Positions 59,317 through 64,000 of a stretch of 64,000 bases of DNA are shown here, piece after piece. The translations under genes and the position numbers were made by a program. Source of the stretch: Chrysomallon squamiferum (lineage: Eukaryota > Animalia > Mollusca); assembly GCA_012295275.1 (NCBI GenBank), contig CM022679.1:7006001-7070000 (forward strand), read 5' to 3'. Each line of letters starts with the position of its first letter. Position 1 is the stretch's first letter. The notes below the pieces were generated by a model. The model was not told the origin of the DNA and searched no databases. It saw only the letters and a program-made list of their open reading frames with translations.

Positions 59317-60753
59317 TTTAATAATAATAATAATTTTTATAATTATTATTGTTATTGTGAATACGACGATGGCGATATCGGTTGTAAATAAAATCACTAT
59401 CTGCATGCATAAGTAAATATATGCAGTATGTACAAACAAAGATACATACAGACACCCATACATGCGTCCGTACGATGACACCAACATGCATACGCAAAAA
59501 AACACAACTATATCTAACAATATTATGTCGTAATATCATACGTTTGTGAAATATTCTACATCATTCTGTTTTTGTTTTGTTTGTTCGTTTGTTTTGAGAA
59601 ATTAATTTTAGTCCGGTGTAGAAGCCCCAAAACAATTTTCTAAAATCTCACAATAAAGTGTTTTGAGGCCGAAACAAAAACACTGACCCAGCCAACTCGA
59701 AGTCACACCCCTCTAGTCCAAAACACTCCCTCTATATCTCCTACTAGCTTTATGCATTGTATTCTAATCCCAAACCCTGGTGTCATTAATTCCTTTGAAA
59801 ACTTTCTTGTATTTGACATTATTGAATTATATACATATATGTGTATACGTCTGTTTGTATGTCTGTATGTATGTTTATTAATTGTGTATGTGAATAAATA
59901 CTTATGCATACATGGGTATATATTCACGGATCTCCGTCAGGGCATAGCGTAGTCAAGGTCATATCTATTACAGTGTCTTTGTTCATATACAAATGATAAT
60001 GGGTATATTCGTGAACAAGTCGATGTACAGAAATGCGAGAAATGGTGTACGATTGACTAGTTACAACTCGTTTACTAGTCTCTATACCCCTGGATACCTA
60101 TCTATTTTTGACACAGATCTGCCTCGGCGACATACAATAAACATGTGACCTAAATTTAAAATATTTTATACCGCTCTATAAAACAAACAAGATAAAAATA
60201 GTTCTTACCTAACTTTTCCTGGTTTACGTCAAAAGCTGGAAGGCGTTCTGAAGTTGAGATTACTGTTATAGTTATACAAACTACAAGAACTGCAACAATG
60301 CATGCGTAGATTCCCAAAACCCCGATACTCTGAAAACAATATAAATAAATAAATAAATAAATAAATACATTTTTATTATTAACAGTTAGTAGATACATTG
60401 TTTTGGAAGGTTTTGTTTGTTTTTGTTTATTTAGGTATTTGAGATTCTAGAGAGTCGTTGGGGATATGGACAACAGATACCATTATAAAATATTATCTGG
60501 AACTAGAAATAGTACAGTACATAACACTGAAGTCGATAGATCCTGCAATCCATCGAGCGTTGGGTCATGTTTTTTTTTTTTCCGCTCTAAATTTTAAAAA
60601 GAAGAGAAGCGTTAGTAACAGTTTATTTATAACATAAAAATACATACAGAAAAACTGAGACCAGCACCAGCACCAGCAACATTGCCCAGAAGTATCATAG
60701 CGCCCATCACACCAGAGTTGAAACCTGAAAAATTAAAATTAAAATAAAATAAC

Positions 60754-60786
<33 letters not shown>

Positions 60787-60796
60787 CATAATGCTG

Positions 60797-60890
<94 letters not shown>

Positions 60891-60984
60891 AAAATATATA
60901 TTTTTAAATTATTAAATGAATGTAACTTTTGTTGAAAAACAATTTAACACATTTTAATATTATTAGTTCTTATATTCAAAAACA

Positions 60985-61039
<55 letters not shown>

Positions 61040-61551
61040 AACACACACACACACAAACACACACATACATACATACATACATACTATCTTTCAAAATATT
61101 TGTGGGAGTACGTATAGATTTAGATATATGCGTGTGTGTGTGTGTGTGTACACATACAATTTATTGTTTTCAGCGGAATTCCAGAATTCATGTACATCTT
61201 ATTAAAAATAATATTCTTAACAGATAACATAATTTATTAAATTAATTTATTAACATGTAACAATACTTTATTACTCGGACACCGTAGCAGCTCTCTGTGT
61301 GTGGCACCTAACATGCAATACAACTAATAATTGTCTGCGGTGTATATTGAAGGTATCGTGCATTTTTAGACGTATAATCAATGCGAGCATGGACGTGTGT
61401 GTTGTTTCGCTAGTAACGCAGCGCGTGCTGAATGACGTACCTCGCTGGGACGGGTGAGATTTGTCAGCTACCAGTGTGTTGAAGGTCACACTGACCGCCG
61501 TCTGAGCCGTAATTACAATCAGGAAGAAGGAAATAAACAAACCTGAAAAAA

Positions 61552-61587
<36 letters not shown>

Positions 61588-61724
61588 AATAAATAAATAA
61601 ATAAATTTAAAAATTTTGAAAACCCTGGAACAGCAATAAATAAATAAATAATGATAATAATAACAACAACAACAACAACCAATAACGACAATAACAACTG
61701 TCAAAAATGATTATTATTATGATG

Positions 61725-61771
<47 letters not shown>

Positions 61772-62025
61772 TAAAACGGCTGTTTACTGTAAATAATAAG
61801 AGACTTTTGATTAGAAATAAATATATTATTGTTATTGTTTTTGTATTTGTGTGTGTGTGTGTGTGTGTTTTCATTTGATGTCATTGTTTAAATTTTCTAG
61901 ATACGTGTAAAGATATTTCGAAATAATAATTAATTTCATTCATTCATTCGTTTGTAATTATTTTATTTTATTTCCATTTTATCTTTATTTTATTCATGAC
62001 GTTAAGACACTCTTTTAACTTCCTA

Positions 62026-62058
<33 letters not shown>

Positions 62059-62866
62059 ATCGAAAGCTAAAGCATTCTTTTCTTCACTGAATGAGAATAA
62101 ACTATTTTTGATTGGCTGCGGTTAACCGTATCTCTTAAACGATTGGTTACGGTTAACCGTGAAATGGAAGGTAAGTTCATTTTACTTAAAAGGGGCTAAA
62201 GATTGTCTATTTACAATTTAATGAAAATTCTTTTCTTTTACAATAATCAACCGTTTACGTTTTAATTTTTTATATATATATATATATACATATATTAATA
62301 TTTGTTAGTATGTAAAACCGTTGCATTGATATTTTGAATTATGTTATAAAATATACAACATAATTCATAAAAATAAAAAAATAAAAAAATAAAGGAAAAA
62401 AGAATCGAAAGCTAAAGCATTCTTTTCTTCACTGAATGAAAATAAACCATTTCTGATTGGCTGCGGTTAACCGTATCTTTTAAACGATTGGTTACGGTTA
62501 ACCGTGAAATGGAAGGTAAGTTCATTTTACTTAAAAGGGGCTAAAGATTGTCTATTTACAATTTAATGAAAATTCTTTTCTTTTACAATAATCAACCGTT
62601 TACGTTTTAATTTTATATATATACACACATATTAATATTTGTTAGTATGTAAAACCGTTGCTTTGATATTTTGAATTATGTTATAAAATATACAACATAA
62701 TTCATAACCCTCTTATTAAAAACAAAATGGTATGATCCATGTTGGCCTATCGACTGGTACTGTCATACTGCGGAAAGACTCTGAACCTGCAGCGTGTATG
62801 TGTATATGTGTAGTGAGTAGAATGTGATGACAGAGTATTTTATTATTATATATATATATATATATA

Positions 62867-62905
<39 letters not shown>

Positions 62906-62989
62906 TAAGTGTTTTAAAATGTAGAACAGATTTTTATTTTTAAAAATACATTTAACACAGAAAATAACGAGTTCATACTAATTTGTTAT

Positions 62990-63036
<47 letters not shown>

Positions 63037-63422
63037 TATGTTGTTGTTGTGCGCTTTATTACTCATAACACAGAATACATATTATGTTTTGTTTGATAAC
63101 ATATTTCAGAATAATTTTATAAAATTAAGAGAAATATATCAAGAATAGTATGTAGATTAAATATATTAAGTCGTAATATATATATATATATATATAACCA
63201 TTTCTATCTTCAAAACCTTCATAATATAGCTTTATGATCGGCAAAGGGATTTTTCATGAGTTTATATTATTATATATTACTACCTAAATTTCCTAAGGGT
63301 ACTTCTCCAGGGTTGTTCCCCGTATCACGATCGTCTGCCAGCATAATGGCGGGAAAGCTGGTGTGTGGTAGTGAGTTGTTGCGATACGGCAAACACCTTT
63401 CCGCCACAAGATCTCGAGTGCA
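56304..63422 (-). CDS. Major facilitator superfamily transporter (GPH/SLC45-like sugar transporter-related), 5'-partial
   Basis: Exons (minus): 63422-63284, 61542-61441, 60724-60648, 60329-60209, 59241-59200, 58499-58433, 58059-57952, 57673-57609, 57178-57089, 56575-56304, all joining in phase. Motifs: FNTLVADKSHPSQRGFNSGVMG, HDFRWVFITRFL, GIVSDKTGRRK (MFS motif A), GFGFGAFQAVDFALVMDVLP..AKDIAVWHLALILPQ. Confidence 0.9.
62056..62707. repeat. Intronic tandem duplication of ~345 bp x2
   Basis: AAGAATCGAAAGCTAAAGCATTC...CAACATAATTCATAA starts near 62056 and again near 62400. Confidence 0.9.
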
Positions 63423-64000
63423 CTGACATGTACAACGCCATTTTAATTATTAATTGTTCATTTAAATGACAATAATCACGAAAATGCTTTTACAATAAAT
63501 CTAATATAAGCATATCAACTAAACATTCATATTATTATTAATAATTATTAGATGTAATAATTTTGATCTCCTTTTTAATCATAAAATCATATATTTTTTT
63601 ACTATTAATATTACAGTAAGAGAAAAATGACGATTAAATCATCATTTTAAAAATAGGTACTTTCAGGATTCACATCTTGTTCAGAATGTTAAAGCCACTG
63701 TATTGCATAGTCTCTACAAGTAATTCTTTAACATATTGTGCGTGGAATATCAAACTTTTGTTATTCCAAATTAAAATATTGTTTTACACCGTTGTAAAGA
63801 AGTTATAATTAATTAACAAATTAATAATAAATAATATTTCATTATACATAAGGAGCATCAACTTTTAGCTGTTGGCAACGTAATACAAATTAACAGCAAA
63901 ATATCACAGAAATAACATCAGTTAATTTCCAAACGTATAAATGTATATATCATGTTTCAATGTAATAACCAACATCCTTTATAAATATATAATAAAGATA

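Overview
AT-rich, microsatellite-rich, intron-containing animal genomic DNA. An invertebrate, possibly a mollusc or other lophotrochozoan, is my inference. From left to right: (1) the 3' two-thirds of MARF1/Limkain-b1 (RRM plus LOTUS repeats, + strand, stop 8403); (2) a complete 12-exon B3GNTL1/QTGAL gene (- strand, 10603-16397); (3) a tail-to-tail pair of small single-CRD, BCMA/TACI-like TNF-receptor genes, one intact signal-less receptor with a PIQET TRAF motif (-, 20417-21537) and one signal-peptide paralog with a short tail and a 1-nt frameshift (+, 17749-19052); (4) a threefold 2.1-kb tandem repeat upstream of the intact receptor carrying kB-like and CRE-like motifs; (5) a ~22-kb tandem array (about 31.7-53.5 kb) of an unrecognised spliced small-membrane-protein gene missed by the ORF track, with seven frame-preserving phase-1 transmembrane cassette exons spread over three complete copies plus one truncated copy; (6) the 3' part of an intron-rich MFS transporter with bacterial-style motifs (-, 56304-63422+). 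All exon models were built by eye from splice signals and reading frames and have not been checked against transcripts.
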